A model generated the notes under the pieces. The model searched no databases and had not been told where the DNA came from. It worked only from the letters and a program-made list of their open reading frames with translations. Of a DNA stretch of 64,000 nt, positions 1-12,990 are shown piece by piece. The position numbers and the translations under genes are program-made. Source of the stretch: Macrostomum hystrix (taxonomy: Eukaryota > Animalia > Platyhelminthes); the NCBI GenBank assembly GCA_950097015.1, contig CATNEN010000035.1, forward strand, positions 1 to 64,000, in the 5' to 3' direction. The first letter of the stretch is position 1, and every line of letters begins with the position of its first letter.

Positions 1-121
1 GGATTTTATTCTTGGTTTGTAAAATGAAAGAAAAATGCTACCACTTCATTAGTATCATTAAGTTATAATTAACTGTTGATCGGAGGACTACCTGAAAAGC
101 AGCTAAAATATCAAACCACTC

Positions 122-805
122 TAATCTTCAGGCCCCACACCCAGCCCGATCTTCAGGCCCCACACCCAGCCCGATCCTTAGGGCCCACACCCAGCCCGAT
201 CCTCAGGCCCCACACCCACCCCAATCTTCAGGCCCCACACCCAGCCCGATCTCCAGGCCCCACACCCAGCCCGATCCTCAGGGCCCACACCCAGCCCGAT
301 CCTCAGGCCCCACACCCACCCCAATCTTCAGGCCCCACACCCAGCCCAATCTTCAGGCCCCACACCCAGCCTAACCTTCAGGCCCCACACCCAACCAAAT
401 CTTCAGGTCCCACACCCACCCCAATCTTCAGGCCCCACACCCACCCCAATCTTCAGGCCCCACACCCAGCCCGATCTTCAGGCCCCACACCCAGCCCGAT
501 CCTCAGGGCCCACACCCAGCCCGATCCTCAGGCCCCACACCCACCCCAATCTTCAGGCCCCACACCCAGCCCAATCTTCAGGCCCCACACCCAGCCTAAC
601 CTTCAGGTCCCACACCCAACCAAATCTTCAGGTCCCACACCCACCCCAATCTTCAGGCCCCACACCCACCCCAATCTTCAGGCCCCACACCCAGCCTAAC
701 CTTCAGGTCCCACACCCAACCAAATCTTCAGGTCCCACACCCACCCCAATCTTCAGGCCCCACACCCACCCCAATCTTCAGGCCCCACACCCAGACCAAT
801 CTTCA
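122..805. repeat. Minisatellite, 25-bp unit (CTTCAGGCCCCACACCCAGCCCGAT), about 27 copies
   Basis: Units start at 126, 151, 176, 201 and so on; explains the Pro/His-rich ORF 76..699. Confidence 0.95.
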
Positions 806-1146
806 GAATTTGGCATAGCAACTAAGCTGCAGAAGCCGATGGAATTCAACAGAAAACTATATCAGCCCTGCAGGAATGCTACAATGTCTTTTGCTTCTAT
901 TATCAGCAGCCTTTCAAAGGGTTCAATGATAACAGAGTGTGTTGCATCTGGCATTGCCTGACTGCTTTTAAAATATTTCATATTTTTCTTTCTGTTCTTC
1001 ATCGAACAACGAACCTACAGTAGAATGCGGTGAGCGGTTTTGTAAATCGTTTTGTAGTTTTAAAGCTAGCCTGCTTTTTTGTAAGTAAACTTAACATTAC
1101 GTTTTAGCAAACTCCTTTTTTTCCACAAAAGAATTGTTGAAATTCA

Positions 1147-2162
1147 ACTGTCATTCAGATTCTGTCATTCATATTCTGTCATTCAGGTTGTGTCATTCAG
1201 ATTCTGTCATTCAGATTCTGTCATTCAGGTTGTGTCATTCAGGTTATGTCATTCAGGTTGTGTCATTCAGGTTGTGTCATTCAGGTTGTGTCATTCAGGT
1301 TGTGTCATTCAGGTTGTGTCATTCAGATTCTGTCATTCAGATTCTGTCATTCAGGTTGTGTCATTCAGGTTATGTCATTCAGGTTGTGTCATTCAGGTTG
1401 TGTCATTCAGGTTGTGTCATTCAGGTTGTGTCATTCAGGTTGTGTCATTCAGATTCTGTCATTCAGGTTGTGTCATTCAGATTGTGTCATTCAGGTTGTG
1501 TCATTCAGGTTGTGTCATTCAGGTTGTGTCATTCAGGTTATGTCATTCAGGTTGTGTCATTCAGATTCCGTCATTCAGGTTGTGTCATTCAGATTCCGTC
1601 ATTCAGATTCTGTCATTCAGATTCTGTCATTCAGATTCTGTCATTCAGGTTGTGTCATTCAGGTTATGTCATTCAGGTTGTGTCATTCAGGTTCCGTCAT
1701 TCAGATTCTGTCATTCAGATTCTGTCATTCAGATTCTGTCATTCAGGTTGTGTCATTCAGGTTGTGTCATTCAGATTCTGTCATTCAGATTCTGTCATTC
1801 AGGTTGTGTCATTCAGGTTATGTCATTCAGGTTGTGTCATTCAGGTTGTGTCATTCAGGTTGTGTCATTCAGGTTGTGTCATTCAGGTTGTGTCATTCAG
1901 ATTCTGTCATTCAGGTTGTGTCATTCAGATTGTGTCATTCAGGTTGTGTCATTCAGGTTGTGTCATTCAGGTTATGTCATTCAGGTTGTGTCATTCAGAT
2001 TCCGTCATTCAGGTTGTGTCATTCAGATTCTGTCATTCAGATTCTGTCATTCCGGCTGTGTCATTCCGGCTGTGTCATTCCGGCTGTGTCATTCAGGTTG
2101 TGTCATTCAGATTCCGTCATTTAGATTCTGTCATTCAGGTTGTGTCATTCAGGTTGTGACTC
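1147..2162. repeat. Minisatellite, 14-bp unit (TGTCATTCAGGTTG / TGTCATTCAGATTC), about 72 copies
   Basis: Direct tandem units; stop-free in all three + frames, giving spurious ORFs. Confidence 0.97.
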
Positions 2163-2537
2163 AGATTTGAAAAGTTCGATAAAATTCCTGTCTAGGCAGA
2201 AAGCAGGACTCGCAAATGTCTTTGCAGTTGAAGTCTCAGTTTTAGTAGCAATATTGCATCGCAGTGGTGTAACTTCCATCAATAAGTCTCACCTGAAACG
2301 GAAGGGCGAGAAGAATCGTATATCTCTGACTCGGAGTAGGAGTTTCGCTCAGCTTAGAAGGCATTGATTCCATTGTGCATTGATTTCTTCGGATTGAGTT
2401 GAGAACCTGGGTTGGGGCACTTTTTGCGTGTGAGTTCTACTTCTTTGCCATTCAACACTACTGATTCGCTTAGTGCTCAAACGACTAGGTTAACACCATC
2501 CATTGCTATCCTCCCAGATCCTCAATGCATCCACAGT

Positions 2538-3070
2538 ACTTCTCATGTCCACCTCACCTCTTCTCATGTCCACCTCACCTCTTCTCATGTCCACCTCACC
2601 TCTTCTCATGTCCACCTCACCTCTTCTCATGTCCACCTCACCTCTTCTCATGTCCACCTCACCTCTTTCTCATGTCCACCTCACCTCTTCTCATGTCCAC
2701 CTCACCTCTTCTCATGTCCACCTCACCTCTTCTCATGTCCACCTTATCTCTTCCCATGTCTATCTCTTCTCATGTCAACCTTATCTCTTCTCATGTCCAC
2801 CTTATCTCTTCTCATGTCCACCTCATCTCTTCTCATGTCTATCTCTTCTATTGACCACTTCATCTCATGTCTATATCTTCTCATGCCCGTCTCTGCTCAT
2901 TTCTATCTCGTCTCATGCTTATCTCTTCTCATGTCAATCTCATCTCTTCTCATGTCCACCTCATCTCTTCTCATGTCTATATCTTCTCATGCCCTTCTCT
3001 GCTCATTTCTATCTCTTCTCATGCCTATATCTTCTCATGTCCACCTCATCTCATGTTTGTCTCTTCTCAT
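2538..3070. repeat. Minisatellite, 21-bp pyrimidine-rich unit (TCTTCTCATGTCCACCTCACC), degenerating toward the 3' end
   Basis: Tandem units; 7-aa periodicity (SSHVHLT) in the ORF track. Confidence 0.93.
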
Positions 3071-4755
3071 ATCTGCTCAGCTGTACATATAGTTTCTCAA
3101 ATTTCGCTGCATATTTTATGGTAACGTATTACAAAACTAAAAATTGACATATTTTTCAGTTAATTATTGAACAAATGCCCACACCTGGATTTAAAAACAA
3201 GGTGTGGGCAAATAACGTTTGACACAGTCTACTGTGAAAATTCACGAGATAAATAGATCATTTTCATCGCAGCTTAGAATCGATAATGTTGATTAATTGC
3301 ATCTGAGCTTAAAAGATATTTTCCATCTCTAAATATTACGTCACCCTGTCCAGGTGAAAGGCTGCCGTGTATGAGATATGGAGACAGATTGCTCGTATTA
3401 GATTTCAACGCTTGTTATGAAATGAAGATGAAGATGAGATTGAAATAACTATAGGGGCCTCTTCACTAGGTCTCATGAATGGTTAAAAAATGAACAAATT
3501 TCAGCGTAAAACAATTTTTAACGAATATTTTTAATTGATTATAAAAAATAAGGATTATGAGATTAGTTGAAAGGTTGGTTGGAAGCTGCAAAACAAAAGT
3601 TTATTTGATTATTGCAGGCAGTCTATTAGCAGAATCACTTAAGTAAATGATTCAAGTAATCAAGTAATTACACACACAGTACAGCAAGCACAACACATAT
3701 ATGTAATGTAAGTTTTAGAAAGAAAAAAAGCAATTGCATAGCATAGTTAGCACCACAACATCAATGATTCACAGTGACTGAAGGCTTATTGTAGTCATAC
3801 TAAACAATATTAGTTAGTTTTAAGCGCAAGCTTAAAGCACCATCGTAGAATCGTCTTCGTTGTCCGAGTATCACCAGCCCTCCTGTCGGAGTTAAGAGGA
3901 GTGGGTAGGAGATTGTAGATAGCTGAGGAATCGGGATGGCATTGCTACACTGCCTGATGATAATGATGCGCGAGAATGATCGAGGCGCTAATTAATTTGT
4001 CTTCTACTTTTGTCTGTTTTCTTTTCTTGATTCCGAAAGATAAAACCGATGTCACCAACACAAACATGAGTAGCAAAATGATTTCGCTAATAGCACCTTG
4101 TTAGTCAGTATCCCTCGAAATTGTCACCTGTCATTTGACTTCAGCATCTGCATCGACTGCTAAGCGTTCGGTTGCAAAATTTCACTTTAATTTCCGTGCT
4201 TTTTTGCTCGGAACTGTGGCTTCTGCCTACTCAGATTTCCTAATCCAATTTCTAATCTCTACGAGCGTAGTCCCAAGATCTTGTCACGTTTTCTCGTGAT
4301 TTTCTCGACAATTCAGATCTGAATATTTCTGACAAGGTGAAATTAGAAGAAAATGTGAAAAATATGTTAACTCTGGAAAAGTATGCTTCGGAAAAGTGAA
4401 AGTATTTGAGCGCATAAAATTTCAATAAGAAATGACACTTTCCACTGCAGTAGGGACTCACACACGACAATGCATGGTTGAAAACAGTCCTGGAAACAAC
4501 AAAATTGTGAATTTTAATGAGATAACACCCGACTTCACAGATGGTTAAGTGAACAATTCATTCTGTGCAGTCGAAACAACTTTTTACAAGCAAGTGAGAC
4601 AAATATTTGAGTTAAACTCCAGCTAAGAGTCTTACTCTGAGCCGCCTGATGTCTGAAGACACTGAATTTCGCTGTCTATTCTGCCGAATGGGAGACTGTT
4701 AGATTCACAGCCGATGAGTGAGACGGCATTTTATGGCACCTTACTGACCGCATTT

Positions 4756-7700
4756 TTAGATTTGGTAACAAACATTTACCTCATCAGGCAGCAGATACTG
4801 CTGCTGCTGTTGCTCTAGAATCTGCTGCTGCTGCTGCTGCTGCTGATGCTGAAGGTAATGAAGGTGCTGATGCTCCATCATCGGCACAGGCTGCATATCA
4901 AAAGTGCTGCCATTGTGACAGAAAGTAGTCAACGGAAAGTGCCCCTCGGATCGCTTCACTGTGCCTCGCATCGTTCCCGGGTGATACGCGACGAACATGG
5001 GATCGCTTGTGTCTGGACCGGGGTGCGAGCCGAAGTACTGGCACTGCACCTTGCCGAACTCGGGACTCGAGCTCAGAGAGCCGACGTAGTCGCCGTGACC
5101 GCCATTGACGTCGTGACCATCGGCATCGCCGCTGCTGCCGCTGCTGGCTCGACTCTGCGAGCGACGTCGGACGCAAACTATGGCCAAGACAAGACCGACG
5201 CTGACCAGTCCAGTCAGGACGATCATGCCCAGTATGATTGACAGGTTCACCTGGACATCATTGGACTGGCCGGCTCCAGAGACATTGATCAGCAGGGAAG
5301 TTTGCTCTGAGCGGCTGTACAATACGTTGTCGTCGGCACGGATTATGAGCTCATGCTGACCGGGAGTGACGACACGAATTAGTCGTACCTGAGAAAGACA
5401 ATGCGAGAAAACATGGTTTCATTGTCTAATTTCTAATTTCTAAGACACTCGATTAAATATTGAGAAACGATCCAACTCACCTGTCCCGTGAATTTGTCCA
5501 GCGCAAAGAAGGCACTCCCGGAGCCGCCCACCAGCGTGTAGGTGATGTTGGCGACCTCGTCTCGGTCGCGAGCTTCGATACGGGTCACCTCGTCGCCAAC
5601 CCGATGGCCAGCACTGATAACAATGCTGGCACCTCGTCTAGCGGGAAACACAAACTCTGGCCGATTGTCGTTCTCGTCCAGCACTTGAACAGTGATCTCA
5701 GACACAGAGCTGAGCTGTGGACTTGCCACGTGGTTGACAATGGCCACAGTGAGCTGGTACTCGTAGAACTCCTCCCGATCGAGAGACTCTCCGGCACTGA
5801 TCTGGCCGGCCTCCGTGACATTCAGGGGCCAGAATCCCGGTCGGCCGGGAATCGGAAAGGCGACTCGATCACCAGACGCATTGCGGCCGTACAGAGCGAG
5901 AAGACGAAATGCGACTCGCGCGTTGATGCCCTGGTCGGCGTCACTGAAGGCAATGTGGCTCCCAGCTCCGAGCAGTCCCGAGGTGGCCAGGGCGGGCGGC
6001 TTCACGTTCTCTTGGAGCTGGAACATCTGGAGCGGTCGGATCTGCGGCTCGTTATCGTTGGCGTCGATCACGCTGACGGTGACAGTGGCAGTGGCGGTGT
6101 GATGCGAACTCTCAGCACCCTGTGTATCCGCGACCATCACAGTGAAGTGAAGCAAGTCACCAGGAGCGTTCAAGGTGTCGCGGTCGATTGTGGTGGCAAC
6201 GCGGATGACGGCAGTGGCCATGGTTGCACTGAGCTCCTCAGAATAGCCGGTGGTGTTGTCCGCGATGACTAAGAACCTGTGCGAGTGAAAATGTACAGTG
6301 CTTATGCAGATTCGACTTTGATGTGGGAAGTGTTCCGCATGCATTTTTCATTTACAGCATTAAAAAGTTGTCTTGGCAATGTTCCCGAAATCACGAACCT
6401 CGAGTGCGGCCCGTCCAAATGGAAAATCAGCCTGTCGCCTCTGTCCTTGTCCTGCGCAGTCACGGTGAGCAGGTGGTCGCCTGCTCGCACCCCGCCGCCT
6501 GGATGAGTCTCCTCCACCGTGACAAAGAACGCCTTATCCGGAAGTTCGATTTTGGGCGGGAACTCGTTCTGGCCGATGACTCGAACCCGAACCAACTGGC
6601 TGGCGTTGAGCGGTGGGTTTCCAGCGTCGTGACACCGGATCTCCGCGGTGAGTTCCGGAGTGAGCTCAAAGTCGAATTGGCGCGTGTTCTGGAGAAAGTA
6701 GTCGCTGGCTGAAGACTCTCTGAGGCGGAAGTTGCTGCCGCCCCTCGAGCCGGGGGCCAGGCTGCAGGTGACTCGGGCGTTCTCTCCCAGATCGCCGTCG
6801 GTAGCCTGTTGGATGTCATATCGGGCGATTTCACGGTCACTGTGGAATGCGTTTTATCCCATCTCTAAGAGAAGACTAAGGGGAGATCTGCCCAGATGTG
6901 TACTGGTACAATGAACAGGAATCGATCAGTACTTAAGAGGACAAACTGCAGTGTTCATTGGAAATACTCCGTTTTAAATATCTCTCTAACAGGTATCCCA
7001 ATCCGTCCCTTATTGACTGGTTACGGCAATGATTAGCAATCGGCTTCTGTTACCTGAATAAAGGCAAGTGTCTGGTCGATGAGGCTGCCTTCAGCAATGC
7101 TGACCGAGTCTGAGCCACCACCTCCGGGCATTGGTGTCACCGTGATCTTCGGCGCGTGATCGTTGACGTCAATGACCCGGAGACGGAATTTGATGGTCAC
7201 CTGTCGCTGAGGCACGCCTCCGTCGGACACCAGCACTGGAATGTCGTAATCGGATTTTGTGCGGGCGTTCAGCCGCCTTCGCAGAGTCATTTGACCTTTG
7301 GAGTCGATGGCGAACGTTGCCGCTGCTCGACTGTCGGTGATGGTGTAGCTCAGCTGGCCGTTCAGCCCGCTGTCACGATCGTGGGCGTAGATTCGAGCGA
7401 CCAGGTCGCCAACAGCCGCGGACTCGTTCACATCCGGGTTCCAGATTTGAGTCACGTTCGGCTGGTTGTCGTTGCGATCACGCACTCGCACCAGCAGCAG
7501 CTTGCTGGCACAGCGCTCCTCTCGGCCACCGTCGCAGGCTTTCAGGGTGAGGTTGTACTGGCGCTCCTGCTCATAGTCTATGACTGGGGAACCTTTGAGC
7601 ACAAGGCTGAGCAGGTCACGTTGACTGCGGTAGAGAGCGAAAGTGTCTTCATCCTCCTGCAGGAAGTAGCGGCCCCGTGTTGCCATGCCGTTGTCTCCGA

Positions 7701-8282
7701 TGTCGGCGTCGGTGGCCAGGTCGAGTGGGTGGCTGTGGAAGTGAAGGCAGGTGGAGCGATACATTGATAATTGTGTGTTGGAATGGAGTTTTCTGCTGGT
7801 TCTGCCCATTTCATTTTCCTAATTGAATTTTGTGTCATTAACCTATTCTCTCACCTGAATCTCTGATCGCCCTCCTCGATGTAGATCTCTTTGATTAGTG
7901 ACTTGAATGTTGGCGAGTTGTCGTTGATGTCGTTGATGGTGACCTTGACGACGACTCGCGTGGAGCCGTTGAAGGCGTTGAACTCGATGACGCAGTCGGT
8001 TGTCTCGGAAGCGTCGGGGCAGGCGGCCGGGTCTTCGCGGTCGATGCGACTGGCGATGCGGACGTTGCTGTCACGGTCGATGTAGAAGTAGGGCGAGGCC
8101 GGAATGATGCGGAAATCCGGCGAAGGAGGCGGGCGTCGCAGGCTGCTCCACACGTTGCCCACCGTGGCCTTTAAGTCGGTCTCCTCGTCGATGCGGAAAG
8201 CCACTTCGTAAGCGAGCGCAGTCAGGATTAGAGCGACCGCTGTGGCCAACTGGAGCAGCTGATGACAGACCCGCTTGGCCAT
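4756..8282 (-). CDS. PCDH: Protocadherin, 7 extracellular cadherin repeats (delta1-like), about 980 aa. Exons (minus): 8282-7855, 7732-7054, 6805-6399, 6276-5481, 5388-4756
   Basis: Signal peptide (MAKRVCHQLLQLATAVALILTALA); cadherin motifs DRED, DINDNSP, ATDADIGDNG, DYEQE, DRNDNQP, DRDSGLNG, DVNDHAP, ATDGDLGENA, DANDNEP, DENDNRP; TM helix LSIILGMIVLTGLVSVGLVLAIVCV; polyQ tail. All four introns are GT-AG with consistent phases (2,0,2,0); summed CDS is 2943 nt = 981 codons. Confidence 0.93.
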
Positions 8283-10944
8283 AGACGCTGTCTTTGATGG
8301 CTACGGAGCTGAAAGGAGAGGTGAATGAGGAAGACTGTAGCTGCTTCATGTACCTTGCAACAGGCCTGACGCAATGGTTCTCAGAAGCAGAGGGCAGTGC
8401 AATGTCAGCTCCTCTACTTGTTATCCCTGTTGGTTCTCAGTCGTCACACAACGCTGCTTCTTGGGACCCGTTAAAATAGGGTCTCAGTGTTAAAATAGAG
8501 ATGTTGAGCACAGATAGAGATGCATGAGCTCATCGGCGATGAGTTTTGTGCGGGAGGGAGAGCAATTGTGATTAAACCACTGACCCGGGGCTGTAATATG
8601 GCCTCTTCGCATTCCCGCTTGCAGCCTCTGTCCTTCATCAGGAACACCGACCTCGGATTCGATGTTGCGAATGGGGCTGAAATTGACCCGCTTTATGATT
8701 GTCTCCTCACCGCCTGTTTTCTCCTCCGCACATCCCACATTTTCCAGTGCTCCGTGCCTCGAGGGTTCGGATAAGGTTTTGGGATTCTAGCACAGACAAC
8801 AGGAAAGACGGGGCGAGATAGGGAGAAAATTTCATCACGGAGAGTTCAGAACTGACTCTAGCAATGCTCTCATGTTGCACCAATGCTCCAACAATTTTGG
8901 GGCACTTTTTGCATTCTAATTCAGCTTGAAAGTGACTGTGAGCTGGTGTGAACCAATTTAAAATAATAATTATAGAATAGGTATGCAGGAGACTCAATCC
9001 ATGTCAAAGTTGAACAGAAATATCCCATAAAATCCCTGAGACTGAAGCAGTTGCTGCGTGACTGGCGTTACACAGCCACCTGAACCTGGATGGGACTTTG
9101 GAGACTTGGGATTTCGGGAAACCACAGGAAGTAGTCGAGGACAATAAGGGCCGCTCCCCAGTCTCGGCTCATTGCCCTACCTGAAATTCAATTTCTTCCC
9201 AAACCCCATTTCTCCTCTCACTCTCTGTCAAAGAATTCAGAGTTTTTTAATATGGCTTCTGATTGAGAAGACTTGGAGCAGAATTGAGAAAGGTGAGGGC
9301 GCTGCAGAAATTCATTGGGCGATTAAACTGTAGGGAAAATATTGCATACTCTGAGAATATGAGATGAGAATGCAGCCTCTCTGAGCCAGCAAAGTTTGAG
9401 TGCAACTGTTTCGGCACAACGACCTGGGATCAAACGAATCAAGCAAACTGCAGAATCCCCGATAACGGAAAGGAACTCCCTCCATGTCCACTGCTGGAGT
9501 CAACATCCCTGATAGGGTGAAGCCAGAGACGGGGAAAATGATTTCATTTCTTGAGCAAGGAGAGTTTGGTCCAAACTGGATTACAGCCAGACCAGAACAG
9601 CCAATGCAAAGCGGCAGCAAGTCAGATTTAAGGGGATTTCAAATCTCACTGAGCTCCGACATTTTCTGTCCCCATTGCAGTCGGTCTGGTCTATTAAGCC
9701 AACTGAATAAACGGACGGTATTCGATAACGGGGCGTGAGTAATCCTCACGGATGGGATCTAGCTTGTGAGGTTGCAACAGGGAGGTCAGGTCAGGGAGGG
9801 TGGGGGGTGTCCACCGGTTTTGGCTTCGTTTGCGTGAGCTTTGTTTGCCTCGCTGATGCAAGTTGCGAAATGCCGCTGGATTTGCCTTGGCCTTATCAGC
9901 CAGCACTGCTTGGCAACAACAGGACTCAGACTGCCAGCCTAGTGCAAGCTGTCAACGAATGAAATCCTTGAGTTCAGACTCTCTTTGAGTTCTACTGTCG
10001 GACAAGACTGCGCTGCTGACATCTGTTGAATATTTTCTGTCAGCAACTGCTTCCGACTGGATCGTTAATGAGATCTGTGAGCTGCGCATTTCATAAGGTA
10101 ACGCTGGCTATGGAGCAACTACACTAGCAGTGAGGAGGCAAAGTAGAGTGACTGCAAACATCCAAGTACTCGACTGCTCAGGACGCTAGGAGCTCAGTGT
10201 TGGACTTGGCAGTTGAGAAGCTTTTTCGGAGGCGGTCCAGAGCAGATCGTCTCAAGGGTGCTCAGAGACTGAGGGAGTGGGTGCAGAGCAGTCAAGCGGT
10301 GGGAGTCAGTGCAATGGGAATTGTCGGAATGAGTCAAAAGAATCCTAAGCCACTCAATAAGAAGGTAGCGCGCCAGCTCAAGAATAGAGAAAGTTTTTGA
10401 GCAGCAAAACAGAAGAGAAGCTTTGCAATGGCTGCGAAATTCGCAAACTACGAAGCTGCCTTTGCGAAAAGTTTTCAACATCGGCGACCGGCAGAATTGT
10501 TATTGCTGCAAACATGTAGCCAACCAGAGAGGGCTTTGAAAACTGGGATTTAAAATAGTTGTGGGGATCAGTACTAAATCTGTGATTATAAGGCTGCACG
10601 CATGCTCACTGCTTTAGGCTAGGCTGCAGGAAAGACGGTAGTGGAAGGTGGAGGTAGGGCATTTTACTAGAACGGTACGATTCTGGTCTCCAGGAGTGCA
10701 GTGCCCCGCCCAGAGCCAAATAATTTTAGTATTCCAGCTCACGACACAGCCTGCCAATGCACACACGCAACACTCTTTGCCAGTTCTGGCAATCACTGGC
10801 GCACACAATGCAAAATTATGCATGATAAACTGAGCAGTCACTGTTTGCCAAGGACGCTGGCTTGTACACACTGACTCGCATGAGCAATGAGCGCTGTGGA
10901 TTTTTGTTTAATCGCTTGCTTTGCTCAGCTGAGTTCGTCACACA

Positions 10945-11530
10945 TGAGAGACGGGAGGGAGGAGAAATTTGAGAGAGGAGAGAAGAGAGAGAGGAGAGAA
11001 GGGAGAGAGGAGAGAAGGGAGAGAGGTGAGAAGGGAGAGAGGAGAGAAGGGAGAGAGGTGAGAAGGGAGAGAGGTGAGAAGGGAGAGAGGAGAAGGGAGA
11101 GAGGAGAGAAGGGAGAGAGGAGAAGGGAGAGAGGTGAGAAGGGAGAGAGGAGAGAAGGGAGAGAGGAGAGAAGGGAGGAAGGAGAAATTTGAGAGAGGAG
11201 AGAAGGGAGAGAGGAGAAGGGAGAGAGGTGAGAAGGGAGAGAGGTGAGAAGGGAGAGAGGAGAAGGGAGAGAGGAGAGAAGGGAGAGAGGTGAGAAGGGA
11301 GAGAAGAGAAGGGAGAGAGGAGAGAAGGGAGAGAGGAGAAGGGAGAGAGGTGAGAAGGGAGAGAGGAGAGAAGGGAGAGAGGAGAGAATGGAGGGAGGAG
11401 AAATTTGAGAGAAGAGAGAAGGGAGAGAGGAGAAGGGAGAGAGGTGAGAAGGCAGAGAGGAGAGAAGGGAGAGAGGTGAGAAGGGAGAGAGGAGAAGGGA
11501 GAGAGGAGAGAAGGGAGAGAGGAGAAGGGA
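10945..11530. repeat. Polypurine GA-rich minisatellite (GAGAGGAGAGAAGGGAGA-type units)
   Basis: Almost exclusively G/A on the + strand. Confidence 0.93.
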
Positions 11531-12524
11531 GAGTCTGTGCTCATGTTCTGGTCAAATCATGGTCTGTGCTCACAGTCTGCAATGGTAGGTGCAGTTTTGT
11601 TTTTCATTTCGCATTGCTTCGCTCAGTCTCAAAATTTCAAATCTGTCACCTACAAAGTGTAAAGAAATCAGCAACAGCTGTTCACCAGTGCATGCCGGAG
11701 GTCCGTCTCACCCCGCAGCTCTCGGAGGTCAGCCGCGGGTTGCACAGTGGCACAAAGGAGCGGCCGTGGCATAATGCAATTTCTATCAGGCACTTCTCTC
11801 TCCACCCCCAATCAATCAGCTGCATGCGGAGGTGAGAAAGGGACCGCATAGAGACGGGCAGAATGAGGGGATAGAATCCCGTCTCAGCCTTGGCAATTGT
11901 GTCCTTAAGATTTGTGTGGCTGCAGCTCTGTTAGAAGCACTCTGTCTCAGTCAAGGAGGCATTTCTAAGAAATAAAAATGCTGCAAATGAAAGGCTTTGA
12001 CTGGCCACAGTCCCCACACAGGCATGCAACAGAAATGCTTTAATATAAGTCTTCCTCGTTTCAAGCTTGAACTCATATTTTCTCATTTCCAAGTGGCTAG
12101 GCTGTTCTCAAACGCTTTGAGCATCATCTCACTGGTTGCACCTCCTATACTCACATATGCAATTCCCAAGGAACCATCGCTCCGTCTCTTTCACCATCCT
12201 ATCCTGATTTATCCACTATTGAGTCCTTGCAACTGTGCGGCATTGAGTATGCAAGTGAAATTAATTGGAAAGTTGCGTTACTGACTCGCTTCTCATTCTC
12301 TAGCTGGGTTTCTAAGACCCCAAATACGACTGAGGGCGATTCCGTTTTGGTGGCTGCGCGAAGATGGACGGAGACGAAACAACTCGAAATGGCTTGGCTT
12401 TTTCAATACTGAGCACTGATTACAGATTAGCTTTTGGAGCATTTCGGTTTCATAAAGTACTTTTCTACTTCTTGTGCATCTAGGTTTCTTGGAAATTAAG
12501 CTCGCGGAAAATCAAATATACGGG

Positions 12525-12990
12525 CGTTCGGGTTTCAGAAAATTCAGATTGCAGAACATTTGGGTTTCAGAACATTCGGGTTTCAGAACATTCGGGTTTC
12601 AGAACATTCGGTTTTCAGAACGTTCGGGTTTCGGAACGTTAGGGATTCAGAACATTCCGGTTTCAGAATATTCGGGTTGCAGAACATTCGGGTTTCTAAA
12701 CATTCGGTTTCAGAACATTCGGGTTTCAAAACATTCGGGTTTCAGAACATTCGGGTTTCAGAACATTCGGGTTTCAGAACATTCGGGTTTCAGAACATTC
12801 GGGTTTCAGAACATTCGGGTTTCAGAACATTCGGGTTTCAAAACATTCGGGTTTCAGAACATTCGGGTTTCAGAACATTCGGGTTTCAGAACATTCGGGT
12901 TTCGGAACGTTAGGGATTCAGAACATTCGGGTTTCAGAACATTCGGGTTTCTGAACATTCGGGTTTCAAAACATTCGGTTTTCGGAATAT
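12525..12990. repeat. Minisatellite, 16-bp unit (CAGAACATTCGGGTTT)
   Basis: Direct tandem units. Confidence 0.95.

Noticed and set aside
76-3147. Long ORFs such as 76..699, 1134..2159 and 2412..3092 as repetitive proteins
   Set aside because: They are open in several frames only because the repeat units lack stop codons; no splice or domain support.
4846-8085. Plus-strand ORFs overlapping the protocadherin (e.g. 5460..6272, 7156..7767)
   Set aside because: They are antisense shadows of GC-rich coding exons with no recognisable domains.
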